A stretch of DNA of 64,000 nucleotides from an uncultured Acidobacteriota bacterium (GTDB lineage Bacteria > Acidobacteriota > Vicinamibacteria > Vicinamibacterales > CAVVIG01), in assembly GCA_963789965.1 (NCBI GenBank), contig CAWBMO010000006.1, forward strand, positions 402,136 through 466,135, read 5' to 3'. Below are positions 9,247 to 18,377 of the stretch, piece after piece (the stretch's first letter is position 1; the number at the start of each line of letters is the position of its first letter). A program made the position numbers and the translations under genes. Under the pieces are notes generated by a model. It searched no databases. It was given only the letters and a program-made list of their open reading frames with translations, and was not told the DNA's origin.

Positions 9247-10152
9247 ATGTCACAAGCCGTCTACGCCACTATTCGAGCGTTTCCTGCTATCGCTCAGGCT
9301 ACGGTTGTAGGTGCGCTGAGGACTCTCCTTCAAAGCAAGCACCTCTACCAGAGCGTCATGGCTGACATCGAGAAGATTCCTTACATAGGTGACGATAGGC
9401 CTGATGTCAACGGGCTCGTCACGAGAACCCGCCAAATCATTTCGGGACCGTGGATCGCTGTAGATCCCCAGGACAAACAACTCAAGGCGGCGGCCCAGGT
9501 GCAAGCGCACGCCTTTTTCTATCTGACGCCGCCGGACGTGAAGCTGTTCTGCACGACGTGCAACCGTGTCGAGGCGTTCAATGCGGTGTCGGCCGAGGAC
9601 TTCAGCGGCCGGGGATTGAGCGACGACAATAAAGGCCATTTGGTTGCCAGGCAAGTCGTTCAGATCTTCGCGTTCTCTTATTTATGCCAGTCGTGCAAAG
9701 AAGTGCCCGAGGTGTTTCTAGTTCGTCGGCAGGGTTCAAAACTCACGAACGTTGGTCGTTCGCCCATTGAGCATGTCGATGTGCCGCCGGACATCCCGAA
9801 ACATGTGATGCGATTCTTCGGCGGCGCTATAGTCGCCCACCAGTCGGGCCAGACGCTCGCAGGATTATTTCTGCTGAGAACATTGCTCGAACAGTTCGCC
9901 CGCGCGACGACGGACTCGAAGGCGACGAACGCCGATGAAGTCATGGAAGCGTATATGGCCACGCTGCCACCTGACTTCAGGAGTCGTTTTCCGTCGATGA
10001 GAGATCTCTATGGGGAATTGAGTGTGGATCTACACACCGCAACCGGATCGGCGGAATTGTTCGATAGTACGAGGGATAGAATTGCTCAACACTTCGAGGT
10101 CAGACGCATATATCGGCTGCCGGATCGCGCCGAGCCCGTGACGCAGGACTGA
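9247..10152 (+). CDS. Cys-rich hypothetical protein (301 aa)
   Basis: CTTCN...CQSCK four-Cys arrangement followed by a helical C-terminal region (FFGGAIVAHQSGQTLAGLFLLRTLLEQFAR) that resembles DUF4145-type domains. This is memory-based and weak. Confidence 0.5.
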   Translation: MSQAVYATIRAFPAIAQATVVGALRTLLQSKHLYQSVMADIEKIPYIGDDRPDVNGLVTRTRQIISGPWIAVDPQDKQLKAAAQVQAHAFFYLTPPDVKLFCTTCNRVEAFNAVSAEDFSGRGLSDDNKGHLVARQVVQIFAFSYLCQSCKEVPEVFLVRRQGSKLTNVGRSPIEHVDVPPDIPKHVMRFFGGAIVAHQSGQTLAGLFLLRTLLEQFARATTDSKATNADEVMEAYMATLPPDFRSRFPSMRDLYGELSVDLHTATGSAELFDSTRDRIAQHFEVRRIYRLPDRAEPVTQD

Positions 10153-10228
10153 GCCTTGCCCAGCAGGTAGCCGTCTGAGCAGTGTATAGAATCATTTGTT
10201 CCAGTCCCCGACCATCGAAGGAACCACC

Positions 10229-11563
10229 ATGAGGCGCTCAATACTTGGCGTTCTGCTCCTTGTCAGCATATTCGCCGGGATCCCCATCGTCGGATGGCCC
10301 GTCGAATACGTCGCACAGCCGCCGATGCACCCGTGCACAATCGAAGGCGAAGCCGCTCGGTGCGGCGACATCACGGTTCCTGAGAATTACGGCGAGCCGG
10401 ACGGGCGGCGCATCGTGCTCCACGCGGTTGTCCTTGGCGGGGGAAACCGTGGCGAGGGACGTGAGCCGATCTTCGTGCTCGCCGGTGGTCCAGGGCAGGC
10501 CGCCACGACGCTCACGCAGGGTGCGAGTGGCATTTTTAGCAGCGTCCGCCGCACGCGAGATGTCGTGCTGATCGATCAGCGCGGAACGGGCGGTGCCAAT
10601 CGACTCGACTGCGCGAGTGCTCCTCGAAGCCCTCTGGTCCCGGCTGATGTCGGCGGCTGTGTGGCTCGTCTATCGCAGGACGCGACGCTGCGATACTACG
10701 GGACTGACAGCTTCCTCGAAGATCTGGAGGGCACGCGGAAGGCGCTCGGCTACGATCGGATCGTGCTGTTCGGGCTGTCCTACGGCACGCGAGCCGCGTA
10801 CGCGTACGCGCGCCGGTATCCGGAGAGCGTGCGCGCCGTCGTGCTCGTCGGGCCGGCGCCGGTATCGATGCGGCTGGTCGACAGCTTCGGAGAAGGTGGT
10901 CGTCGATCGCTGGACGCGATCGTGGCGGACTGCCTGGGCGATCAGCGCTGCTCGCAGGCATTTCCCAACGTCGTCAAGGACGCCGAGCACTTCCGCACGA
11001 GCGTGAGCGATCCGTTCAGACTGCTGGGACTGCAGACATTGCAGTATTCAGCCAACACCGCCGTGCTGATCCCCACGTTGCTCAAGAGCGCCGCAGCCGG
11101 CGACTTCTCGCCGCTCGACTCGGCGGTAGCGGGATTGCGTGAGGAATATCTGCACCGGCCCGCGGCACAGCTGGCGCTGGGCCTGCACTTGACGATCGTC
11201 TGCGGAGAAGATCTGCCATTCGGAGAACCCGATACTCCTTCAGCGCTGCGCGCCGAGTATGCGCGAGCATGCCGCGGTTGGCCGGCGGCGCCCGTGGCCA
11301 CCAACTTCCACGAACCTATGCGACTTTCCACGCCGGCGCTCCTGCTCGTCGGCGAGTGGGATCCGGTGACGTCGCCGCGACTGGCGCGCGCCGCGGCGGC
11401 CCAGTTCTCACCGAGTCACCTCGTCGTATTTCCCAAGGCGGGTCACGTGTTTAATGCTTTCGACGGGTGCGCAGGCGCGCTGGTCGCCGGCTTCCTTGAA
11501 GGACGAGCGATTGACGACTCGTGCACGGCAACGCTCGAGAGACCGCCATATGTGGTGCGTTAG
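10229..11563 (+). CDS. Secreted alpha/beta hydrolase (tripeptidyl-aminopeptidase-like)
   Basis: Signal-like N-terminus MRRSILGVLLLVSIF, nucleophile elbow GLSYGT, and HG-type region LAGGPGQA. GAAGGA lies upstream of ATG 10229. Confidence 0.8.
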   Translation: MRRSILGVLLLVSIFAGIPIVGWPVEYVAQPPMHPCTIEGEAARCGDITVPENYGEPDGRRIVLHAVVLGGGNRGEGREPIFVLAGGPGQAATTLTQGASGIFSSVRRTRDVVLIDQRGTGGANRLDCASAPRSPLVPADVGGCVARLSQDATLRYYGTDSFLEDLEGTRKALGYDRIVLFGLSYGTRAAYAYARRYPESVRAVVLVGPAPVSMRLVDSFGEGGRRSLDAIVADCLGDQRCSQAFPNVVKDAEHFRTSVSDPFRLLGLQTLQYSANTAVLIPTLLKSAAAGDFSPLDSAVAGLREEYLHRPAAQLALGLHLTIVCGEDLPFGEPDTPSALRAEYARACRGWPAAPVATNFHEPMRLSTPALLLVGEWDPVTSPRLARAAAAQFSPSHLVVFPKAGHVFNAFDGCAGALVAGFLEGRAIDDSCTATLERPPYVVR

Positions 11564-11643
11564 ATTGACGTCCCTGCACGGCTACGGCCTGTCGCAGCGA
11601 TTGACCGCGCTCAGTCACGACCATTTCCGGGTCAATACCAGCT

Positions 11644-11752
11644 ATGTTAAGAATTGTTAAGGTCCACGAAATGTCAGATCGCCATTTAGTCAATGCGATT
11701 TACTAAATTGAAAAGGGGACCATTTTTCTAAACCTTAACAATCCTTAACAGG
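11644..11752. repeat. MITE-like nested inverted-repeat element, copy B2
   Basis: Outer IR is ATGTTAAGAATTGTTAAGGT / ACCTTAACAATCCTTAACAGG. Inner palindrome is ATTTAGT-N11-ACTAAAT (11684-11708). Same orientation as B1. Confidence 0.7.
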
Positions 11753-12831
11753 AAGAGTCGTCGCGTCTCGCGAATCCGCAGACCAATCTCAGTTACGAGC
11801 GAGTGTCGCTGATCAGCATCGATCCGAAGGCGCGAGCCGCGGTCGCGACACGCCTTGCGTCCGAGGCTGCGGTCGAGCAGGTCGCGGTGACGTGGAAGCC
11901 TCCGCTAATGGGGGGTCCGCTGCCCACAACCCGGGTGACGGCATCTTCCACGAGCATCGGCCAGAATACCGGCTACACGGGCGTGTCGCCCGAGTACTTC
12001 ACGCTGTTTGATATTCAGATCGTGCGCGGGCGCACGTTTACGCCCGCTGAAGCCGCCGCGGGAGCAGCGGTGGCACTGGTCAGCGAAGCGACGGCGGCGG
12101 CATTGTGGCCGGGCCTCGACCCACTCGGGCAGACGCTCGACTTTGCCGCGGTTCCCGAGGGACGTTCCGACCGACGACTGCCGCGTGGTCGCGTGCAGGT
12201 CATCGGCGTGACGGAGGACGTGGTCAACGGCAATGTCTTCGACGAGGTCGATGCCGGCTGTGTCTATTTCCCGACAGACGTGCAGCCGCTCACGGCAATG
12301 TCGTTGCTCGTCCGGACCCGTACCGATGACGTCGAGGCACTGCGGTCGGCGGTGACAACCGCCGTGAAGGCGGTCGCCCCAGAGATGCCATTTCAGGTGC
12401 TCCCGTTGCGAACGCTTGTGGGCTTAGCCCTATGGATCTTTCAGGCTTTCTCGGTGGCCGCGTCGTTACTCGGCGTCGTCGGCCTGCTCTTCGCGTACTC
12501 GGGGACGCATGCCGTCGTCTCGTTCCTGGTGGCCCAGCGGACACGCGAGTTCGGCGTCCGGATGGCGCTCGGTGCGAGCGCGTGGCAAATCGTCTGGGGG
12601 ATGCTGGTCGAGACGTCTCGCACCGCCGCGATCGGCCTTGCCTCGGGGTTAGCGGTCGCGGCCGGCCTGATACGCCTATTCAGGAGCTCTAACGCGATCC
12701 TGCCGGCTTTCGGTGCCCGTCCTTTCGTGGTGGGCGCGGCGATCGTCGTCGTCGCGACGGCCGCGGCCGCGCTGGCGCCACTGCGCGCCGCCGCGCGCAT
12801 CGATCCTGCGCAAGCGCTTCGAATGGAGTGA
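11753..12831 (+). pseudogene. 5'-truncated ADOP/MacB-type permease fragment (periplasmic domain tail plus one FtsX domain)
   Basis: Ends ...RIDPAQALRME like the full-length permeases in this window. It contains only one C-terminal 4-TM FtsX-like block. The reading frame is open right up to a stop inside the right arm of repeat B2. Confidence 0.7.
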
Positions 12832-12855
12832 CGCTCCGTGGCACGATGTGCGGGA

Positions 12856-12931
12856 ACGGGGCTATTTAGTCAATCATGTTTACTAAATCGCCCCGTCTGA
12901 CAAGCTGTTCTCAACGTTAGCTTCTGTTAGC
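12856..12931. repeat. Hairpin ACGGGGC-ATTTAGT-N11-ACTAAAT-GCCCCGT followed by an ACGTTAGCTTCTGTTAGC iteron (A1)
   Basis: Third copy of the ATTTAGT/ACTAAAT palindrome (12864-12888). The GTTAGC iteron at 12914-12931 matches copies at 18139, 18241 and 32752. Confidence 0.6.
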
Positions 12932-13211
12932 TTGGTCGTTGTGTTCTTCTTTAACTCGTCGAATGTTGGGAGATGTCCCAGTAGCTGTCGCCGGTGCAAG
13001 TGCCACTCGCACATGCAGTTGGCGCTCTGTTCGCGCAATAGGGCACTCCTGATAGGCCGAACTGCATAGCAGGAACGTGCTCACGCTCGGTTGCGGCATA
13101 ACAGTCACCGGATCCGACGGGGGGATGACTACGGCGCGGTGCTGCTACTCGGAACCTGTTCGGCCAACACATATCGCGCCGTTTAGCCCCGACCGGGCCT
13201 TAATCCGGCCC

Positions 13212-15839
13212 TTACTCGGCTCGCAGGACGGTCGCAGGGTCGACGCTACTCGCCCAAAGGGCAGGCAGGAACGAGGCGGTCAGCACAATTCCAGTAAGGA
13301 GCGCAGTCACCCCGACCAGGATCGTTGGCTCGCGGGGGCTGGTCTCAAACATGAGCGAGGCAAGGACCCTAGTCACCGTGAGCGATGCGACCAACCCGAT
13401 CGCACACCCCCAAGCCGCAAGACGGACACTCCGTCCAACCACCAACGCGAGCACGGCGTTGCGTGTCGCCCCAAGAGCGATCCGTATGCCCAATTCGCGT
13501 CGCCGACGCGCCACCCAGTAAGCAGCAGTCCCATAGACGCCAACGCCGGCCAGCAGGAGCGCCATTCCTGCAAAGGCCGACCCGAGCCGAAGGAAGAACC
13601 GAGGCCTCGCGACCGATTCGACAATTCGTTGCTCCATGGTCGTCGCTTCGATGATGGGGAGGCGAGCGTCAAGGGTCCACAGTCGCTCCTTGACTTGCCG
13701 CACAACGGCTGCTTCGTTTCCGCTGACTCGGACGATGAACGTGAAGAATCGGGCGCCCGTTCCTCGCTGGTACGGGAAGTACAGCTCCATGCCGTCGCCC
13801 ATCGGATCGTTCAGCCCCATCTGCTTCACATCCCTGGCGACGCCGACCACGGTGTGCCATGGCTGCTTTGCGTCCAGCCGGAATCGGCGCCCGACCGGCG
13901 ATTCGGTGCCCCAAAATCGGCGCGCGAGAAGATCATTCACGATCACCACGTCCTCGGAATCATCTCTCGCAAATGCGCGTCCCTCCACCAGAGGAATGCC
14001 CATCGTCGCAAAGTAGTCCGGCGCCACTCTCGAGTGCGGCAACTCGAGGCCCTGTGCATCGACGCTGGGCCGACCCTCGGCCTCAGGCCGGATGTCAAAC
14101 GAGAAGCTCCCTCCGGTTGGCGGAGCACCCTCGGAGAACGTGGCGCGACTCACACCAGGTCCTCCTTCGACAAGCCCATCCAGGTCCTCGAGCAACATAA
14201 GGGAGGAGCCAGGCGCCTGGTAGCGCGTATCGGGTAGCTGAATGGTAAAGACCAGCAGATTCGTTGGGTCGAAGCCAGGCTCGACATTGACAAGGCGAAT
14301 GAAGCTGCGGAGCAGCAGCCCCGCACCCGTCAGGAGCACCAACACCAAGGCCAGCTGCGCAATCACGAGAGTGGATTGCCACCGCTCGCTGCCTCGGTCA
14401 AGCGCACCAGGCTCTACGCCTCTGAGGCCCTGAATGGGATCGGTCCCCGCCATACGCAGAGCCGGAAGGATGCCGACCACCAGACATGTGATGATGGACA
14501 AGCACACGGCAAACGCCAACGCACGCCCGTCCAGCGTCGCGGCAGCCGAGAGCATGGTCATCTGCGGTGGAAGCAGATCCAGGATCGTCGCGAGGAGCAG
14601 GTGAGCGATCAGCACACCGCCCACACCGCCCAAGGCGGCAAGGCCGAGGCTCTCAGTCAGTGCTTGGGTGACAAGCTGGGCGCGGCTGGCGCCCAACGCT
14701 CCCATGAGCGCGAATTCACCTCGCCGGGCGGTTGCCCGAGCCAGAAGGAGATTGGTCACGTTCACGCAGGCGATGAGAAGTACGAAGCCGACGGCGCCCA
14801 GCATCACGTATAGCGCTGTGCGGTATTGACGGCCGTACCGGCGTTGAAGAAGGTCCTCGAAGACCAATTCACTATCACGGGTAAGGATCGCGTCATCCTG
14901 CAAGCGCGTCGAGATGGTTTTGAGCAGTGCGTTCGCAGCCTCTCGCCTCGTTTCGGGTCGAAGCATGACGACTGTTTGTACACGCCCGGAGGGACCCTGC
15001 ACCGCATTGAGAACGAGAGGACGCCACACTTCAACGCGTTGCTCGGGAAAAGCGAAGCGGGCTGGCAGGACGCCGACGATCACATGCGGCTCGTCGTCAA
15101 TCGAGAGCCGGCGGCCAATAATGTCGTCGGCCCGGCCAAATCGCCTCGTCCACAGGCCTTCACTGATGAGCGCCGCGTGTGCTCCTGAAGCCGCGTCGCC
15201 TTCATCAAACACGCGCCCGAGCCGAGGCACGACGCCCAATACTCGGAGGAGACCAGGAGACACTCGCGGAGCACTGACAAGGGCGGGCTCGCCGTCGCCC
15301 GTGAGCGTTGCGGCGCCGAACTGATAGGCCTCGACTTCCGAGAAGACTTGCGTCTCAGTGCGAAGCGCCTGGAAGGCTTGTCCGCTGAGGCGCGGAATCC
15401 TTTGCCGAGAAGGCGTTTGCTCTGTCCCCACCTCAAGGAGTCGATCCGAATCCGGGTACGGCAGCGGCCGAATCAGCAGGACGTCGACCACTCCGAACAC
15501 TGCCGTGGTCCCGCCAATACCGAGCGCAAGGGACAGGACGGCAACGGCGGTGAACACCGGCGATCGGCGCAGCTGCCGGAACGCGTAGAGGAGATTGCCG
15601 GTCACCTCGTCGAGCAGACGCAAGCCGAGCGCCTCACGCATCTCCTCTTTGCGCGCCTCGATGCCACCGAATTCGACGTGCGCGCGGCGTCTTGCTGCCG
15701 CGACCGGCAGTCCCTGACGTACGAGGTCGTCGGTATACCGCTCGACATGAAAGCGAAGCTCGTCGTCGATCTCCCGCTCCAACCGCGAGCGATGCAGCGC
15801 TGATCGGGCCCAGGAGCGCAGGCGCGCGACGAATTTCAT
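13212..15839 (-). CDS. ADOP-family (duplicated orphan permease) MacB-like ABC permease, copy A
   Basis: 875 aa. N-terminal 'permease prefix' MKFVARLRSWARSALHRSRLEREIDDELRFH, two MacB-periplasmic/FtsX modules, C-terminus DPATVLRAE. ATG overlaps the padR stop (ATGA). Confidence 0.9.
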   Translation of the reverse strand: MKFVARLRSWARSALHRSRLEREIDDELRFHVERYTDDLVRQGLPVAAARRRAHVEFGGIEARKEEMREALGLRLLDEVTGNLLYAFRQLRRSPVFTAVAVLSLALGIGGTTAVFGVVDVLLIRPLPYPDSDRLLEVGTEQTPSRQRIPRLSGQAFQALRTETQVFSEVEAYQFGAATLTGDGEPALVSAPRVSPGLLRVLGVVPRLGRVFDEGDAASGAHAALISEGLWTRRFGRADDIIGRRLSIDDEPHVIVGVLPARFAFPEQRVEVWRPLVLNAVQGPSGRVQTVVMLRPETRREAANALLKTISTRLQDDAILTRDSELVFEDLLQRRYGRQYRTALYVMLGAVGFVLLIACVNVTNLLLARATARRGEFALMGALGASRAQLVTQALTESLGLAALGGVGGVLIAHLLLATILDLLPPQMTMLSAAATLDGRALAFAVCLSIITCLVVGILPALRMAGTDPIQGLRGVEPGALDRGSERWQSTLVIAQLALVLVLLTGAGLLLRSFIRLVNVEPGFDPTNLLVFTIQLPDTRYQAPGSSLMLLEDLDGLVEGGPGVSRATFSEGAPPTGGSFSFDIRPEAEGRPSVDAQGLELPHSRVAPDYFATMGIPLVEGRAFARDDSEDVVIVNDLLARRFWGTESPVGRRFRLDAKQPWHTVVGVARDVKQMGLNDPMGDGMELYFPYQRGTGARFFTFIVRVSGNEAAVVRQVKERLWTLDARLPIIEATTMEQRIVESVARPRFFLRLGSAFAGMALLLAGVGVYGTAAYWVARRRRELGIRIALGATRNAVLALVVGRSVRLAAWGCAIGLVASLTVTRVLASLMFETSPREPTILVGVTALLTGIVLTASFLPALWASSVDPATVLRAE

Positions 15840-16177
15840 ACTTCCTCTGGTTGAGTACCGAGGATGCCGCCGATGATGTCGGTCATCTCATTCCAGGTCC
15901 GCGCCGCCTCTTGCAGCTGACGTCGTCCCGCAGGCGTGAGACGGTAAAACTTCGCTTTGCGCTTGTTGTCCGATTCGCCCCATTCACTCGCGATGAGGCC
16001 CTGATGCTCGAGCCGGTACAGTGCGGGATAGAGGGAGCCCTGCTGAATCTCCAGGCGATCGTTCGAAATCTGCTGAATCCTCAAGAGAATGCCGTAGCCG
16101 TGCAGCGCGCCGAGCGACACGGCTTTGAGAATCAGCATGTCGAGAGTGCCTTGAAAGAGATCGGCTGGCTTGCCCAC
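15836..16177 (-). CDS. padR: PadR-family transcriptional regulator, copy A
   Basis: LDMLILKAVSLGALHGYGI...GSLYPALYRLEHQGLI winged-helix PadR signature. GTG start at 16177 preceded by AGGAGGG. Confidence 0.9.
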   Translation of the reverse strand: MGKPADLFQGTLDMLILKAVSLGALHGYGILLRIQQISNDRLEIQQGSLYPALYRLEHQGLIASEWGESDNKRKAKFYRLTPAGRRQLQEAARTWNEMTDIIGGILGTQPEEV

Positions 16178-16186
16178 GCGCACCCT

Positions 16187-16238
16187 CCTAGATCGTCTAG
16201 GCGAACGGTAGCCCACCTCTCCTAGACAGTCAAGGAGA
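16187..16238 (-). promoter_or_regulatory. Putative PadR operator palindromes upstream of padR copy A
   Basis: CCTAGATCGTCTAGG (16187-16201) and TCTCCTAGACAGTCAAGGAGA (16218-16238). Both are conserved upstream of padR copy B. Confidence 0.4.
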
Positions 16239-16370
16239 ATGTCGAAAGCAGATAGATAGCGGTTGCCTCCTAACCTATACGAAATACAGTTATTTAGATT
16301 ATCGACTCAATTATTAACAACTATCTTCGTGAATTAGGCGGGCCTACAATCGTCGCTAGGAGTGACCGCC

Positions 16371-16769
16371 GTGAAGACCCAGCGACTCGCTATTGCGCTC
16401 ACGATGATGAACCTCGTGCTCCTGGTATTCCTGCTGGCACAAATCCGCCCTGCGACGGCGCAAGGTGTCGCACCGGTGCTCCGAGGCAACGCGCTTGAAA
16501 TTGTGGATAACGCTGGGCGCGTCCGGGCTAGCATCAGCGTGCATCCACCGGAGATCGTGAACTCGCGCCAGTATTCAGAGGCAGTGGTGCTTCATTTGTT
16601 CGATCCGAGGGGCGGCCCCGGCATCAAGATCGACGTTAATAAGGAGCGTGCCGCGTTAGGTCTTGCGGACGGTTCCGAGACCGGCAGGGTCGAGGTCCAG
16701 GCCAATCCTAGGGGCAGCTTCGTGAAGGTAACAAACGCGGATGGGCGGACACAGGTAGTTCAGCCCTAG
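16371..16769 (+). CDS. Small signal-anchored hypothetical protein
   Basis: GTG 16371 lies 8 nt after AGGAG. Hydrophobic N-terminus LAIALTMMNLVLLVFLLAQI...ATAQG. Confidence 0.5.
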   Translation: MKTQRLAIALTMMNLVLLVFLLAQIRPATAQGVAPVLRGNALEIVDNAGRVRASISVHPPEIVNSRQYSEAVVLHLFDPRGGPGIKIDVNKERAALGLADGSETGRVEVQANPRGSFVKVTNADGRTQVVQP

Positions 16770-16993
16770 GCAGAGAAAGCCGTAGCCGCGGTCTCGATCG
16801 GCAGCACGGCCGCGATTGCCACCCGTTAACCAGCGTGAGGGGCTTCCTCTCCGTTAGCTCCTGCCAGGTAGTCGTCCCGCACGTTCAGGTAGCGCGCCGT
16901 GGTCGTAACTGCCAGCTCAGCCTGTGAAGTGACGAACGACACGCAGGATCTGGTCGGCGCGTCACATCTTTCGCGAAGGACTTACTGCACTGC

Positions 16994-17038
16994 TCGCGGT
17001 GCATGGGGTTCATCCAGGAAACCGGCCGAAAAGCGGGC
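16994..17038. repeat. Dispersed repeat family D copy (reverse orientation)
   Basis: TCGCGGTGCATGGGGTTCATCCAGGAAACCGGCCGAAAAGCGGGC is the reverse complement of the 8596-8641 sequence, with a few mismatches. Confidence 0.6.
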
Positions 17039-17227
17039 CGCGACGGTGCCTTGAATGCAGTTCACTAGAGCTGGGACAATTCTGTAGAAATGTTGGTCTG
17101 AGCGAAAAACTCTCAGCTCGCGCGTCTGCGGCCGAAGAAAGCCTGAGCGACGTCACTTAGTCGCTGAAAAGGCATGGAATGACCGATGTAGGTAGCAATG
17201 ACAGGTGGTTAGCCAGGCCACGCAGCA

Positions 17228-17878
17228 TCAAACGCCCCGACGGCCATGACCGTTCAAATCAGCATCACGAAGTCCGCTGCGCCAGTCGGCGATCTCACGG
17301 CCGCGGTAATACCTTCTGTGAGCCAGATCGAGCATCTCTCGATCGTCGCTCGAATCGCCGTAGGCGTAGATCGTTGAGTAGTGCTCAGTCCGATACCGCC
17401 TCACGATCCGTGCAGCCTTTTCGGCGCCAGAGCAGTCACCCTCAACATACTGTCCTGTGAATACCCCGTTACGTTCCTCCAACTCGGAACAAATCAGATC
17501 CACGCCCTGCGCCTTGCACCACGGGCGCAAGTACACGTCGAGGGACGCGGACACAATGACGATGGCGTCGCCTTGTTGCTTGTGCCACGCGATTCGGTCC
17601 ATCGCACGTGGCCGCAACATGCCAGGAACAACGTCAATCGCGTACATCCGCCCGAGGGCGCGGACGGCCTCCGCGGACCGTCCCTGAAAAGCGACTCTCG
17701 CGTACAGGGGCCTCGCCTTAGTGCCAGGAATTCGACCGAGCGTGTAACCGATTCCAACTGGACTGAGCAACACACTGCCGAAAATGACCCTGCTCGGAGG
17801 AACGGCAAAACGAAGGAATTTTAGGAACGTGTCTGTGACCGTCACCGTTCCGTCGAAGTCGAACAGCGCGAGATTCAT
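17228..17878 (-). CDS. HAD-superfamily hydrolase (subfamily IB-like)
   Basis: Motif I is FDFDGTVT; motif IV is YGDSSDDREML. Confidence 0.85.
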   Translation of the reverse strand: MNLALFDFDGTVTVTDTFLKFLRFAVPPSRVIFGSVLLSPVGIGYTLGRIPGTKARPLYARVAFQGRSAEAVRALGRMYAIDVVPGMLRPRAMDRIAWHKQQGDAIVIVSASLDVYLRPWCKAQGVDLICSELEERNGVFTGQYVEGDCSGAEKAARIVRRYRTEHYSTIYAYGDSSDDREMLDLAHRRYYRGREIADWRSGLRDADLNGHGRRGV

Positions 17879-18138
17879 GCTCCGACCTGCCTGGCTAACG
17901 AATAGGGTTTCATCCGCACTGCCGCGCTGATCGGCATGCGCACTCGCGCCGGTTCAGTGCGGATAAACACGGTTGGGCGATACCGCGTGGCTGCGCTGCC
18001 GCAACCCTATGGGGATTGTAAGGCGGCTCGGGCGTGGCGCGGTGCGACTTTCGACCGCGGTGCGTACGCTGAAACGCGTTCAAGGGCGCTCTGCCGCTCG
18101 ACCCTCGTCGAATTGTGCCGCGCCATGAGGATAACAAA

Positions 18139-18259
18139 GGCTAAACAGAAGCTAACGTCAACGATTAAGGTTAGGCGTTACGAGTTCAGTAATGAACGCT
18201 CTTACATTGTGTAAGTCACTTGCGCGAACCAGCTCCGTCCACGTTAGCTTTTGTTAGCC
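18139..18259. repeat. 121-bp MITE-like element: GTTAGC-iteron terminal inverted repeats around a CTTACATTGTGTAAG palindrome
   Basis: Left end GGCTAAACAGAAGCTAACGT (18139-18158); right end ACGTTAGCTTTTGTTAGCC (18241-18259); central palindrome at 18201-18215. Confidence 0.65.
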
Positions 18260-18377
18260 ACGCGCTGAAGGGCGCGACGGACGCCGCTCGGCAGTTCGAC
18301 AAACGCCATGGCCACTGCGTACGACGTTCGGCGCTCGGCACCATCCGGCGACGCAGCGTGTGCCTGTTTGGTGGCCT

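Noticed and set aside
8450-9253. 267-aa minus-strand ORF spanning the zinc-ribbon gene region.
   Set aside because: The sequence is Arg/Ser/Pro-rich with no motifs. It crosses two repeat elements and overlaps a plus-strand ORF with a clean four-Cys ribbon, so it is probably spurious.
16998-17016. tRNA T-arm-like sequence GGGGTTCATCC inside the D-family repeats (possible tRNA fragment or att site).
   Set aside because: I could find no flanking T-stem complementarity, acceptor stem or CCA context. The resemblance to GGTTCRANYCC is probably fortuitous.
16770-17227. Possible remnant of an HTH/excisionase-like gene on the minus strand (…ELAVTTTARYLNVRDDYLAGA…).
   Set aside because: It is a short stretch interrupted by a stop with no start codon. 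The similarity is only impressionistic and cannot be supported without a search.
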